This document shows, in pieces, positions 53,338 through 62,130 of a stretch of 64,000 nt of DNA (positions are counted from its first letter, which is position 1; every line of letters begins with the position of its first letter). A program made the translations under genes and the position numbers. Where the stretch lies: NCBI GenBank assembly GCA_036344075.1, contig JAYYUJ010000024.1, forward strand, positions 22,616 through 86,615. The letters run 5' to 3'. The DNA comes from Pseudomonadota bacterium (GTDB taxonomy: Bacteria > Pseudomonadota > Gammaproteobacteria > Pseudomonadales > UBA7434). The notes under the pieces are model-generated. The model searched no databases. It was not told where the DNA came from and saw nothing but the letters and a program-made list of their open reading frames with translations.

Positions 53338-54837
53338 ATGGGTAATTTATTTTTTAAGGTGTTCATTTCGATATTTCTGTCACTTATGATGATTTCATCT
53401 TTTCATGTGAATGCGCAAAGTTTAGCTGAATTTAACCTTTCTTCCCCTCAAGTTGTAGATGGGGGTTATACCAATGAATCCTTTGTCGCTATAAAAATTA
53501 AACAGCAAGAGGCTGAATGGATGGTTGATAGCCAATTGCGGGAATTAAAAAATTGGTCCTCGAATTCTTTCAGCATATCTGGTTTGACATATATCAGGAC
53601 ACTTGGCCCCACCTACCAAGGTATATACGTAAATGAAGAAGGAAATGCGCTTAGAGGTCGTTTTTGTTGGCTGGCTCCATCAGCGACAACCCAGGTTCCG
53701 TGTAGGGTTCAGGGGGGTGCCGATGGCACCCAGTTCTCTGTGTTGCAAGACGATGAAATAATTGTTGAGGTTTCTTCAGATATAGATGGTCCTAAATCAT
53801 TTCTACTTAAAGGAATGAGCTTACGAAATGCTCAAGGTGATGGAAATAAAGAGGCTGCATTCAGTTGGGTCCAACAAGCTAATCCTGTAACCGCTGTCGG
53901 TGTCGAGCCAATTGCCTTCGCTATGCGCGATATCACCTCCCAGTTTGCTAGGCAGAACTTCAATGTTATAGACAACCGTCTTAATAAAATATTCAGAGAG
54001 GGGTCTCAGCGGTCAACGGAGGATGGTTTCGAACACTGGGTTTCTGTCGACTCAATATCTGGCGATATTGAAACTAGTCGAGATACTGTGACTAGGGACG
54101 CCGATTCAGAGACGCTTACAGTTGGTATTGATAGGTACATTGACAAGGATAGTTTGGTTGGTGCAGCCTTTTCCTATGGTAGATCAGATGTCAATATAAG
54201 TGGCACTGACTCAGAAGCCGAATCTGACAACGTATCTTTCTTGGCTTACCTGAACCACTATGGAAAAAATATAAATTTGGAATCGACTATCGGTGTGAGT
54301 CTTCTTAATATGGAGACGCGAAGGGTCACAGATGACAGCACCTATGAAGGAGACCGAGACGCGCTACAGCTTTATTTATCAGGAAAAGTAAAAGCAAAAA
54401 TCGAGCCGATTAAAAATATCAATGTTACTCCATTCGGAAAGGTAATGGTTTCTCAGTCTAGGCTAAAAGCATTTGACGAGTCACAGAGCCATTCACCGAT
54501 CAACTTCAAAGAAAATGACATGACCGATGTGTCGCTATCTATTGGCGCTGACTTTTTGTCGGAGATATCTTTTAAGGATGGGACAATAAGACCCTATGCA
54601 AGTATAGAGTATGTTCAAGATGTATCGGGTAATGACGAGGAAGAGCTTAAATATATTCAACAAGATGACAATTATTTTCTAAATTTGAGAAAAGACACGT
54701 CAGGCCTTTATAAGCTAGGCTTAGGATTTGACTATAAGATCGATAATTTATCAGCCTCGTTCAACTATCAAAGAGAAGAAGCTGATGGCTCTACTCAATT
54801 TGATACTTTTAATCTGAATATATTAATAAACCTATAA
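53338..54837 (+). CDS. Autotransporter beta-barrel domain protein with a short passenger
   Basis: Signal peptide ending 'VNA', helical linker '..IDNRL', then amphipathic strands ('TLTVGIDR', 'LVGAAFSYG', 'VTPFG', 'YKLGLGFDY'). Confidence 0.7.
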   Translation: MGNLFFKVFISIFLSLMMISSFHVNAQSLAEFNLSSPQVVDGGYTNESFVAIKIKQQEAEWMVDSQLRELKNWSSNSFSISGLTYIRTLGPTYQGIYVNEEGNALRGRFCWLAPSATTQVPCRVQGGADGTQFSVLQDDEIIVEVSSDIDGPKSFLLKGMSLRNAQGDGNKEAAFSWVQQANPVTAVGVEPIAFAMRDITSQFARQNFNVIDNRLNKIFREGSQRSTEDGFEHWVSVDSISGDIETSRDTVTRDADSETLTVGIDRYIDKDSLVGAAFSYGRSDVNISGTDSEAESDNVSFLAYLNHYGKNINLESTIGVSLLNMETRRVTDDSTYEGDRDALQLYLSGKVKAKIEPIKNINVTPFGKVMVSQSRLKAFDESQSHSPINFKENDMTDVSLSIGADFLSEISFKDGTIRPYASIEYVQDVSGNDEEELKYIQQDDNYFLNLRKDTSGLYKLGLGFDYKIDNLSASFNYQREEADGSTQFDTFNLNILINL

Positions 54838-54922
54838 TGCTCGAGATTTGTTGCCTTCACTGGGAAAACGGCCAACCAAGCAGTTGTATTTATCTTATAA
54901 ATATTTTGTAAAAGGACGAGAG

Positions 54923-55156
54923 ATGTTAGATTTTAAAAAATACCCAAAACTAGGAATATTTATTTATGGATTATTGCTAATTTCCTGTCTAATAGAGATA
55001 TCAGTTGAATTAGGAATTCATGAGTTTGAAGATTTTGCATCTCATCATGGTTTAGCAATTTTCGCATTTGGCAGTTTATTTGCTAATTGGGATGAGCTAA
55101 CAAGAGCATTAAAGTACAACAAAAAAAATAAGGGTGTTTCAAAAGATCCACTATAA
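54923..55156 (+). CDS. Small hypothetical membrane protein (77 aa)
   Basis: ATG after AGGA; two hydrophobic segments flanking 'HEFEDFASHHG' and a basic tail. Confidence 0.55.
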   Translation: MLDFKKYPKLGIFIYGLLLISCLIEISVELGIHEFEDFASHHGLAIFAFGSLFANWDELTRALKYNKKNKGVSKDPL

Positions 55157-55161
55157 TTTAA

Positions 55162-55491
55162 ATGGGGAGCTTATTATATGAGACACTTGAAAATATCTTA
55201 GGTTTGAGTGGTTCTTCTTTTGTTTCTGGTTCATTCAATAATGTTCAAGTTAGATTAGAAGTGACATATAGATACTGATCAGACATGGAGTCTTTAGTTA
55301 ATACAACTCGAGCTTGCCACTTTAATTTTTGGGATGGCCGTTAAGGCGATATAAAAAAGTTTAGGCTCAGGCATGCATGAGCACTTCATGACGGTGATAT
55401 AGGCGCTTCGCCAGTCCCACTCCCAGCAGGTATCTATCTCTTTCTATCGGGGCTTGTAGGTTTAGGTTTGATGAGAGGTAGGAATAGCTGA
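55162..55491 (+). pseudogene. Decayed 3' part of a VPLPA-CTERM surface protein gene (Lcl/DUF1566-like), not in the ORF track
   Basis: One frame reads MGSLLYETLENILGLSGSSFVSGSFNNVQVRLEVTYRY*SDMESLVNTTRACHFNFWDGR*GDIKKFRLRHA*ALHDGDIGASPVPLPAGIYLFLSGLVGLGLMRGRNS*. Internal stops are at 55276, 55342 and 55378; the sorting signal is intact. Confidence 0.85.
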
Positions 55492-55724
55492 TCTTTACGC
55501 TTAGTTGTATTTCTGAGCGCACCACTTTAAACCCTTTTTATTTTTTTGCGTGTTGTTTCGGTGCATATAAATTAAAATACAAAAAAGATAAATTAAATTC
55601 TTGTAGTTCAAACAAAATTATCTCTTGGGTGAATTGATTAATATTCCAAAAAGATGTACGGTTATTCACCATGCGGCTTCCCACGGTTGCATTTAAAAAA
55701 ATAAAATTTTTCCTGGAGGTAAGA

Positions 55725-56366
55725 ATGAAAAGATTAGTAGGGTTAATCCTTTTTGGATTTATGTCATCAAGCGCTTTTTCCGCTTCATTGAATATAGATT
55801 TTAGTACACGTATGGGTGCTCCATTAAGCTTCCAAGGTTACGAAGGTCAAGCTGGTAATTGGAATTCTATAGGTCTCGGATCCCATAATTTATTTGATTT
55901 GAATGGAGTTGCCACATCAGTCACCGCGAATGTCTCAGCAAGCAATGATAATGGCATCTGGGGGAGTTTTGCCCCTCTACTTGGGGATAATATATTTGAT
56001 GCAAATGCCTGGTCTGTTGATCTTTCTGGGCTAACCAATGGCCTTTATGATTTGATAGTCTATGCCCCAACGAATTCAATGGTTAGTACCGGCTCGCTTG
56101 ATATTAATGGGTTGAGCTTGCCTGAAATGGGCGCAGTGGGTACGAGCTATCCTACAATGGTCGACGGAGTTACTCACAAGGTATTACAGATCGAGATTAC
56201 AAACAGTACCTTATCTTTGTCAGGCGACGATCAAAACACTTCAAAGAACTACTATGGTTTGGCTGGAATTCAGTTAGCACCAGTTGCATCAGAAGTTCCA
56301 CTTCCAGCTGCTGCTTGGTTGTTCGGCAGTGCACTATTAGGTTTAGGTTTAGCAAGAAGAAGATAA
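55725..56366 (+). CDS. VPLPA-CTERM sorting-domain surface protein
   Basis: ATG after GGAGGT; signal peptide 'MKRLVGLILFGFMSSSAFSA'; Ser/Thr/Asn/Gly-rich body; C-terminus 'VPLPAAAWLFGSALLGLGLARRR'. Confidence 0.92.
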   Translation: MKRLVGLILFGFMSSSAFSASLNIDFSTRMGAPLSFQGYEGQAGNWNSIGLGSHNLFDLNGVATSVTANVSASNDNGIWGSFAPLLGDNIFDANAWSVDLSGLTNGLYDLIVYAPTNSMVSTGSLDINGLSLPEMGAVGTSYPTMVDGVTHKVLQIEITNSTLSLSGDDQNTSKNYYGLAGIQLAPVASEVPLPAAAWLFGSALLGLGLARRR

Positions 56367-56381
56367 GCGAGGTACTTGATG

Positions 56382-56410
56382 AAAGCCGTGGCCAGTCCGC
56401 GGCTTTTTTT
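56382..56410 (+). terminator. Rho-independent terminator after the VPLPA-CTERM gene
   Basis: aaagccgtgg-ccagt-ccgcggcttt followed by a T run. Confidence 0.85.
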
Positions 56411-56603
56411 TAAGCTTTAGGCATTTGAAGCATAGGAAGGAAACCGTTGTGTCATCGATGCTGGGCTTAGATGCAGTTAGGTTGAGAAAGTAAGTTCAAG
56501 TTTAACGAAGAGGCGCAGGCTAGCTACTCTTTACTTGACGCAGGCACATGCCAACTAAAGTAATACGTGGCGTCTTTTACAAAGCAATAAGAAGAAACAA
56601 ATT

Positions 56604-56623
56604 TGTCTACCATAATGTCTACC
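56604..56623. repeat. 8-bp direct repeat TGTCTACC x2 (12-bp period) near the tRNA 3' end
   Basis: TGTCTACC-ataa-TGTCTACC, about 55 bp from the tRNA CCA end; resembles integrase arm-type sites. Confidence 0.45.
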
Positions 56624-56678
56624 CAAACACTCAAATCCTGAAGGAATGCTTGCGTATCATTAGGTTATCTTAAGTGTC

Positions 56679-56765
56679 TGGTGCCCAGAAGAGGACTTGA
56701 ACCTCCACGCCCTTACGAGCACTAGCACCTGAAGCTAGCGTGTCTACCAATTTCACCACCTGGGC
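56679..56765 (-). tRNA. tRNA-Leu(CAG)
   Basis: Reverse complement is GCCCAGGTGGTGAAATTGGTAGACACGCTAGCTTCAGGTGCTAGTGCTCGTAAGGGCGTGGAGGTTCAAGTCCTCTTCTGGGCACCA: 87 nt, CAG anticodon, long variable arm, encoded CCA. Confidence 0.97.
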
Positions 56766-56932
56766 TTTGTTAATCATGGCTTTATTTTTAATATTCTAAC
56801 AGCTTAAGTACTGTAACCATCACATTAGCTCTCAATTTTCTGTCAATTTTACCTGCTTTAATTCGCCTCACTGACTCAAGGCGCTCGTTAGTGTTATCGT
56901 GTCAATCATCATGACTTATCCCTGAGGTATTT

Positions 56933-59455
56933 GTGGCTAAACGCCCTAAAAACAACAAGCCCGTTGAAGATCCCTATGCTGAGCGTGAATCGGGTCAATA
57001 TCAAAATCCTATCGCCAGTCGCGAACACCTGATTGAACTGATTGGCCAGCAGGGCCCTCTATCGCGTCGACAATTACTCAAGCAGCTCGGGATTAAGGGT
57101 CACCAAGGGCGAGAGGCTTTGCGTCGTCGTCTTCGCGCCATGGAGCGTGACGGCCAGTTAGTGTTTCGTAAGCACGACGAGTGTTTTTATATTCCCGACC
57201 CGAATGCCATGCTGCGTGGAAAAATTGATGCCCATCGCGATGGTTATGGCTTCTTACTGCTAGCTGATCAAGAAGATATCTATCTCAACGAGCGTGAAAT
57301 GCGTCAGGTCTTTCACGGTGACGAAGTACTTGTTACGCCTATGGGTCGCAGTCGACGAGGGGGGGTTGAAGGAAAAATTGAGCAAGTCGTCTCTCGAGCA
57401 CATCGTCATATTGTTGGCCGAATTAACCGTGACGTACAAGGTTATTTTGTGGTGCCGGATAACCCGCGTATTGGCCAAGATATTTTGCTCACCAACGGTG
57501 TCGACGGCTTTGATGTCGATATCGGCGACTATGTTACGGTTGCGATTGAGCAATACCCGACCATACATCGTGCCGCACAGGGCGCTATAGAAGAAGTACT
57601 TGGCAGCGCATTGGCGCCAGGGCTTGAAATTGATTTAGCCATTCGCTCGTTTGATATTCCTCACCAATGGTCAGAGGCCGCGTTAGCCCAGGCCAATGCT
57701 TTAGCGGATGAGCCCGAAGAACAAGATAAATTGCATCGCGTTGATTTACGCGAACTCCCCTTAGTGACGATTGATGGTGAAGATGCCCGCGATTTTGATG
57801 ATGCTGTTTATTGTGAAACTCAAGCTGATGGTGGCTATCGCCTTTGGGTGGCCATTGCCGATGTCTCGCATTATGTAACGCTCGATAGCGCTTTAGATCA
57901 ACAAGCTTACGAGCGTGCTACCTCTGTGTATTTTTCGGGGCGGGTGGTGCCGATGCTGCCCGAGGCCATTTCCAACGGTTTATGCTCGTTGAAGCCTGAA
58001 GTCGATCGCCTGTGCATGGTCTGTGAATTGCAGATTGATGCGCATGGGCAAGTACGCCGGCAGCAGTTCTATGAGGCTGTGATGTGTTCGCATGCTCGTC
58101 TAACTTATAACGAAGTCGCTGAAGCACTCGGGCTCGTCGACAAGCCGGCTCGAGCGGGCCTTATGCAACGCCTACAGGGTTTGTTACCGCATTTGCAGAG
58201 TCTTAATGCACTTTATCATTGCTTGCGTCAAGCGCGACGTCAGCGTGGAGCAATTGACTTTGAAACCATTGAAACGCAGATTATTTTTAATGCCGATAGA
58301 AAAATCGAAACGATCCAGCCTATCGTCCGAAATGATGCGCACAAAATCATTGAAGAATGTATGTTGTGCGCCAATGTGGCGGCGGCAAATTTCTTAAACT
58401 CTCAAGATCGTCCAGTGTTATTTCGCGTACATGCGCCACCCAAAGCAGAGAAATTAGAAAACTTGCGCCTCTATCTTGACGAATTAGGGCTAAGCCTTGC
58501 CGGTGGATTAAAACCTGAGCCTAGGCATTATCAGGCGTTAATGCAGCAAGCCAAAGACCGTGATGATGTGCACCTTATTCAAATCATGCTATTGCGATCC
58601 ATGAATCAGGCCATGTACCAGCCCGATAATGAAGGCCACTTTGGTTTAGCGTATCCGGCGTATTTGCATTTTACATCGCCAATTCGTCGATACCCTGATT
58701 TATTGGTGCACCGAGCGATTCGTAGCATTATTCGTGGCCGTAAAGCCTGTGATCAAGTGAGACGCGTCGCCGGTGCTAAAGCGATTCTTAGAAAAAATAT
58801 TTATCCTTATGATGAAGCCCAAATGGTAACTGCAGGTCTGCACACGTCGATGGCTGAGCGTCGTGCCGATGAAGCCACTCGAGACGTGATGGCATGGTTA
58901 AAGTGCGAATATTTACAAGAGCGACTAGGTGATCAATTCAGTGGAGTCATTACCGCGGTGACGCGATTTGGTGTATTTGTTGAATTAGATGATTTATTTG
59001 TCGAAGGCTTGGTGCATATCAACAGTTTGGGCCAAGATTATTTTCACTATGATCAAGCTCAGCAACGTTTAATCGGTGAGCGGACGCAAGCCGCGTATCA
59101 TTTAGGAGATTATTTGCAAGTCATCGTAGCGAGAGTTGATCTCGATGAACGCAAAGTTGATCTAGAGTTGGCAAATAGTAAGGCACCGCGTCGAGATCGC
59201 TCGATGAAAAAATCAGCTTCGAAGAAAAGTACAGCCAACAAACGTTCAAAATCGAAAAAAACGTCAGCTAAGGCGAATACAAAAAAAACTACAGGCGGCT
59301 CTGCAGCCAAGCGTAACAGTGCATCTAACTCTCGATCTGCAACTGAACAGCCTGTTAAGACTCAAGCTAAAGGCAAAGGTAAAGGTAAAAGTAAAGGTAA
59401 GGTTAAAGCGATGCCCAATAAAAAGACCAAGAGAAAGTCCAAGAAGAAGGCTTGA
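56933..59455 (+). CDS. rnr: Ribonuclease R
   Basis: N-terminal HTH, CSD 'HRDGYGF', RNB 'TIDGEDARDFDDA' and 'HFTSPIRRYPDL', S1 domain, Lys-rich tail. Confidence 0.97.
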   Translation: MAKRPKNNKPVEDPYAERESGQYQNPIASREHLIELIGQQGPLSRRQLLKQLGIKGHQGREALRRRLRAMERDGQLVFRKHDECFYIPDPNAMLRGKIDAHRDGYGFLLLADQEDIYLNEREMRQVFHGDEVLVTPMGRSRRGGVEGKIEQVVSRAHRHIVGRINRDVQGYFVVPDNPRIGQDILLTNGVDGFDVDIGDYVTVAIEQYPTIHRAAQGAIEEVLGSALAPGLEIDLAIRSFDIPHQWSEAALAQANALADEPEEQDKLHRVDLRELPLVTIDGEDARDFDDAVYCETQADGGYRLWVAIADVSHYVTLDSALDQQAYERATSVYFSGRVVPMLPEAISNGLCSLKPEVDRLCMVCELQIDAHGQVRRQQFYEAVMCSHARLTYNEVAEALGLVDKPARAGLMQRLQGLLPHLQSLNALYHCLRQARRQRGAIDFETIETQIIFNADRKIETIQPIVRNDAHKIIEECMLCANVAAANFLNSQDRPVLFRVHAPPKAEKLENLRLYLDELGLSLAGGLKPEPRHYQALMQQAKDRDDVHLIQIMLLRSMNQAMYQPDNEGHFGLAYPAYLHFTSPIRRYPDLLVHRAIRSIIRGRKACDQVRRVAGAKAILRKNIYPYDEAQMVTAGLHTSMAERRADEATRDVMAWLKCEYLQERLGDQFSGVITAVTRFGVFVELDDLFVEGLVHINSLGQDYFHYDQAQQRLIGERTQAAYHLGDYLQVIVARVDLDERKVDLELANSKAPRRDRSMKKSASKKSTANKRSKSKKTSAKANTKKTTGGSAAKRNSASNSRSATEQPVKTQAKGKGKGKSKGKVKAMPNKKTKRKSKKKA

Positions 59456-59538
59456 TAGCGCTGCTTAAGTTACTTAGGTGATAGTCAGTGTAATGCTTGG
59501 CTTTAAGGCGCGCATAATCGGTACAATCTTTTTAAAAG

Positions 59539-59567
59539 CAAAAAAAAACGCCGGCAATGCCGGCGTT
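59539..59567 (-). terminator. Rho-independent terminator oriented for a minus-strand transcript
   Basis: Minus strand AACGCCGGC-ATT-GCCGGCGTT followed by a long T run. Confidence 0.85.
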
Positions 59568-59634
59568 AGAATATGAGGTTATTACTTACTAAACTTTGCT
59601 GGCAATGCCAGCGCGCAATCGAGTTTATTCGTTA
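59539..59634 (-). ncRNA. Candidate small RNA (~95 nt)
   Basis: Bounded by a sigma70-like promoter and an intrinsic terminator; has an internal hairpin; no convincing minus-strand ORF. Family not recognised. Confidence 0.5.
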
Positions 59635-59639
59635 CGATG

Positions 59640-59689
59640 AGTATATATAATCATATTATCTTGGCCAAAAACATGGGACCCGATGTCCC
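59640..59689 (-). promoter_or_regulatory. Sigma70-like promoter TTGGCC-N17-TATACT with an upstream GGGAC-N5-GTCCC palindrome
   Basis: -10 at 59640-59645, -35 at 59663-59668 and palindrome at 59675-59689. Confidence 0.5.
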
Positions 59690-60136
59690 CTTACGTCATT
59701 TTTTTACATTTAAGGGCTACAGAAAATTCGGTCATCCTCATAAAGATGGGCTATATGAGCGTCAAAAATTTAAATAATCCATATATTTCAGTAATTTAAA
59801 AATCCACACTTGTCGGCGTTTTTCTTCCTTATTTAGATCTGCTCATTTATTAAACATCAATAATGTGGTTTTTATTACAAAAAAAGCCAATAAAGTTGAC
59901 TTTCGCCGCCAATTTTTAGCGGTCATTTGGTCAATTAGCTGGCTTAATAGCCCGTTTAAATCGGTGATTGACTGCTTAGGGTATCGCGATCGGAGAGGGG
60001 CCGTTTTATCCTGTCCCTATCAGCTTTGATCCAAATGCGGCATTTATTCGAATAGTAAGATGTAAAAACCGCTCAAGGCGCTGAAGTCGTCGATTTGATT
60101 ATCTGTGCCAATAAAACCCAATAATGTGAGTATAAA

Positions 60137-61330
60137 ATGACGAGTTTAGATTATTTACCGTTTGATTGTGACAATCACTATTACGAATCACATGATGCGT
60201 TTACTCGCCATGTGCCGAAAAATATGCAGCCTCGCTGTGTGCAGTGGGCTCAAATTAACGGCAGAATGCGTCATATTGTCGGCGGTAAGGTAGCCAATGC
60301 CGTTTCTAACCCTACCTGGAATCCCATTGCTAAGCCGGGTGCAATTTCAGCATTTTTACGCGGCAACCCCGATAAACTAAAGCCAGAAGAGTTAATGGGG
60401 GAGTCAGAACCGCTTCCGGATTATTACATTAACAATCAGGCTCGACTCGAAAAATTAGATGAGCAGGGTCTGGACGCGATGTGGTTGTTTCCAACCTTAG
60501 GGGTACTTTATGAAGAGTTATTAAAGCATGACACTGATGCGGTGAAAGCGCAGTTTCATGGTTTTAACCGGTGGTTAGATGAGGACTGGGGCTGTAACTT
60601 TAAAAATCGTATTTTTGCTTCGCCTTATATCAGTTTATCTGACGTTAATTTTGCTTGTAGCGAGCTAGAGTGGGCGATTGCTCGCGGCGCTCGGACAGTA
60701 GTGATGCGACCCGCTGCAGTATGGACGGCTAACGACGGCGTATTGTCGCCATCACACCCACATTTTGATCCGTTCTGGTCGCGGGTCAATGAGGCAGGAA
60801 TTACGGTAGTTGTGCATGCGGCTGATTCAGGCTATAGCACCCAGGGATATGTTAATGATGGCTTTACCTCCAGTGGTTTAGGTGGTGCCATGGCGCCTAA
60901 TATTAAGCATTTTAATATTGAGCGAGCCGCCTATGACTTTTTAGCGACCTTGTGTTTTGAGCGATTGTTTGAACGTTTTCCCAATGTACGCATCGCTTCA
61001 ATAGAAAATGGTGCAGAATTCCTGCCTGACCTGTTTCGTAAGCTGGGCCAATCGCGCGACCGATTGGCGGTAACCGGTTACTACAAAGAGGATCCTGCCG
61101 ATATGTTTCGGGAGCATGTTTGGATTAATCCCTTCTGGGAAGATGACGTTTATGAGGTTGAAGCATTAATGGGCGCAGACCGTGTCATTTTTGGTTCGGA
61201 TTGGCCGCATATTGAAGGCATGCCGACCCCGTTAGACTACTTGGCCGAGTTGACAGAATTTGACGAACAGAAGAAACGTTTAATTTTACGTGACAATGTG
61301 CTTGCTTTGAATGAGTTAAGGCCGAATTAG
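60137..61330 (+). CDS. Amidohydrolase 2 family protein
   Basis: 'DCDNHYYE', 'LFPTLG', 'FDPFW....EAG...VVH', 'ENG' and 'FGSDWPH.EG'. Confidence 0.88.
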   Translation: MTSLDYLPFDCDNHYYESHDAFTRHVPKNMQPRCVQWAQINGRMRHIVGGKVANAVSNPTWNPIAKPGAISAFLRGNPDKLKPEELMGESEPLPDYYINNQARLEKLDEQGLDAMWLFPTLGVLYEELLKHDTDAVKAQFHGFNRWLDEDWGCNFKNRIFASPYISLSDVNFACSELEWAIARGARTVVMRPAAVWTANDGVLSPSHPHFDPFWSRVNEAGITVVVHAADSGYSTQGYVNDGFTSSGLGGAMAPNIKHFNIERAAYDFLATLCFERLFERFPNVRIASIENGAEFLPDLFRKLGQSRDRLAVTGYYKEDPADMFREHVWINPFWEDDVYEVEALMGADRVIFGSDWPHIEGMPTPLDYLAELTEFDEQKKRLILRDNVLALNELRPN

Positions 61331-61345
61331 AGTGTAGTAGGGCGG

Positions 61346-62107
61346 TTACTTCACCGCGCCACCTCCATCGACTGAAAGGACTTGACCCGTAATAAATGAT
61401 GCACGATCTGAGCTTAAGAAAACCACAGCCTCCGCAATTTCATTAGGTTCACCCAATCGATTCATAACTGCCGATTTTCTCAGGCTCTGCTCCATTTCTG
61501 GTTGATCAACAAAGAGTTTTTCTACACCGGGGGTACGTATCACGCCTGGCGATACTGCATTGATACGAATGCCGCGCTTGCCATACTCAGCAGCCGAGCT
61601 CTTAGTTAAAATATTTACCGCGCCTTTAGCTGCCGCATAAGCCGTATTATAAGCATGGCCTCGAAGTGATGCGTTAGATGAGATGTTGACGATAGAGCCG
61701 CCACCATTATCGAGCATGATCGGCAATAGTGCCTTCATACACAGCCACGTATTCGTGGTGCACATAGCAAAGGTCTCGTCAAACACTTCTTTGCTGTACT
61801 CGTGAATTTGACCGCTGCCACGACTCAATGCAGCACTATTACAAGCAATGTCGATAGGGCCATAATGTGCAACAGCCTCATCAACCATTTGTTGAACTGC
61901 AAGTTCTTTGCTGACATCTGAAAAAACAAAGTGTGCGCTACCACCGGCATTAGTAATTTCATACGCGGTGTTTTGGCCAGCATCTGGATTAAAATCAGCA
62001 ACAATAACCTTGGCGCCTTCACGTGCAAATGCTAAGCAAATTGCTTTGCCGATGCCCATGCCGCCACCAGTGACAAGGCCAACTTTATTTTGTAGTAATT
62101 GGGTCAT
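61346..62107 (-). CDS. Short-chain dehydrogenase/reductase
   Basis: 'TGGGMGIG', 'YAAAK', 'NAVSPG' and 'VDGG'. Confidence 0.92.
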   Translation of the reverse strand: MTQLLQNKVGLVTGGGMGIGKAICLAFAREGAKVIVADFNPDAGQNTAYEITNAGGSAHFVFSDVSKELAVQQMVDEAVAHYGPIDIACNSAALSRGSGQIHEYSKEVFDETFAMCTTNTWLCMKALLPIMLDNGGGSIVNISSNASLRGHAYNTAYAAAKGAVNILTKSSAAEYGKRGIRINAVSPGVIRTPGVEKLFVDQPEMEQSLRKSAVMNRLGEPNEIAEAVVFLSSDRASFITGQVLSVDGGGAVK

Positions 62108-62130
62108 AGAGCTCTCTTGTTGGAGAATGA

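Noticed and set aside
55276-55380. TGA codons at Trp positions suggesting TGA=Trp recoding or readthrough
   Set aside because: A TAA also interrupts the frame, the 5' half of the gene is missing, and TGA is a normal stop elsewhere (rlmH, rnr). Ordinary pseudogenisation explains it.
56413-56493. Peptide SFRHLKHRKETVVSSMLGL resembling tyrosine-integrase box II
   Set aside because: The spacing between RH and LG is about 10 residues too short, and the His and catalytic Tyr are absent; could be chance.
59200-59455. Lys-rich tail with KG repeats at the end of rnr
   Set aside because: A basic low-complexity C-terminus is a normal RNase R feature.
59573-59650. 25-aa plus-strand ORF MRLLLTKLCWQCQRAIEFIRYDEYI with CxxC
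   Set aside because: No RBS, it starts immediately behind a hairpin, and the CxxC arises from the palindrome. The minus-strand RNA explanation fits better.
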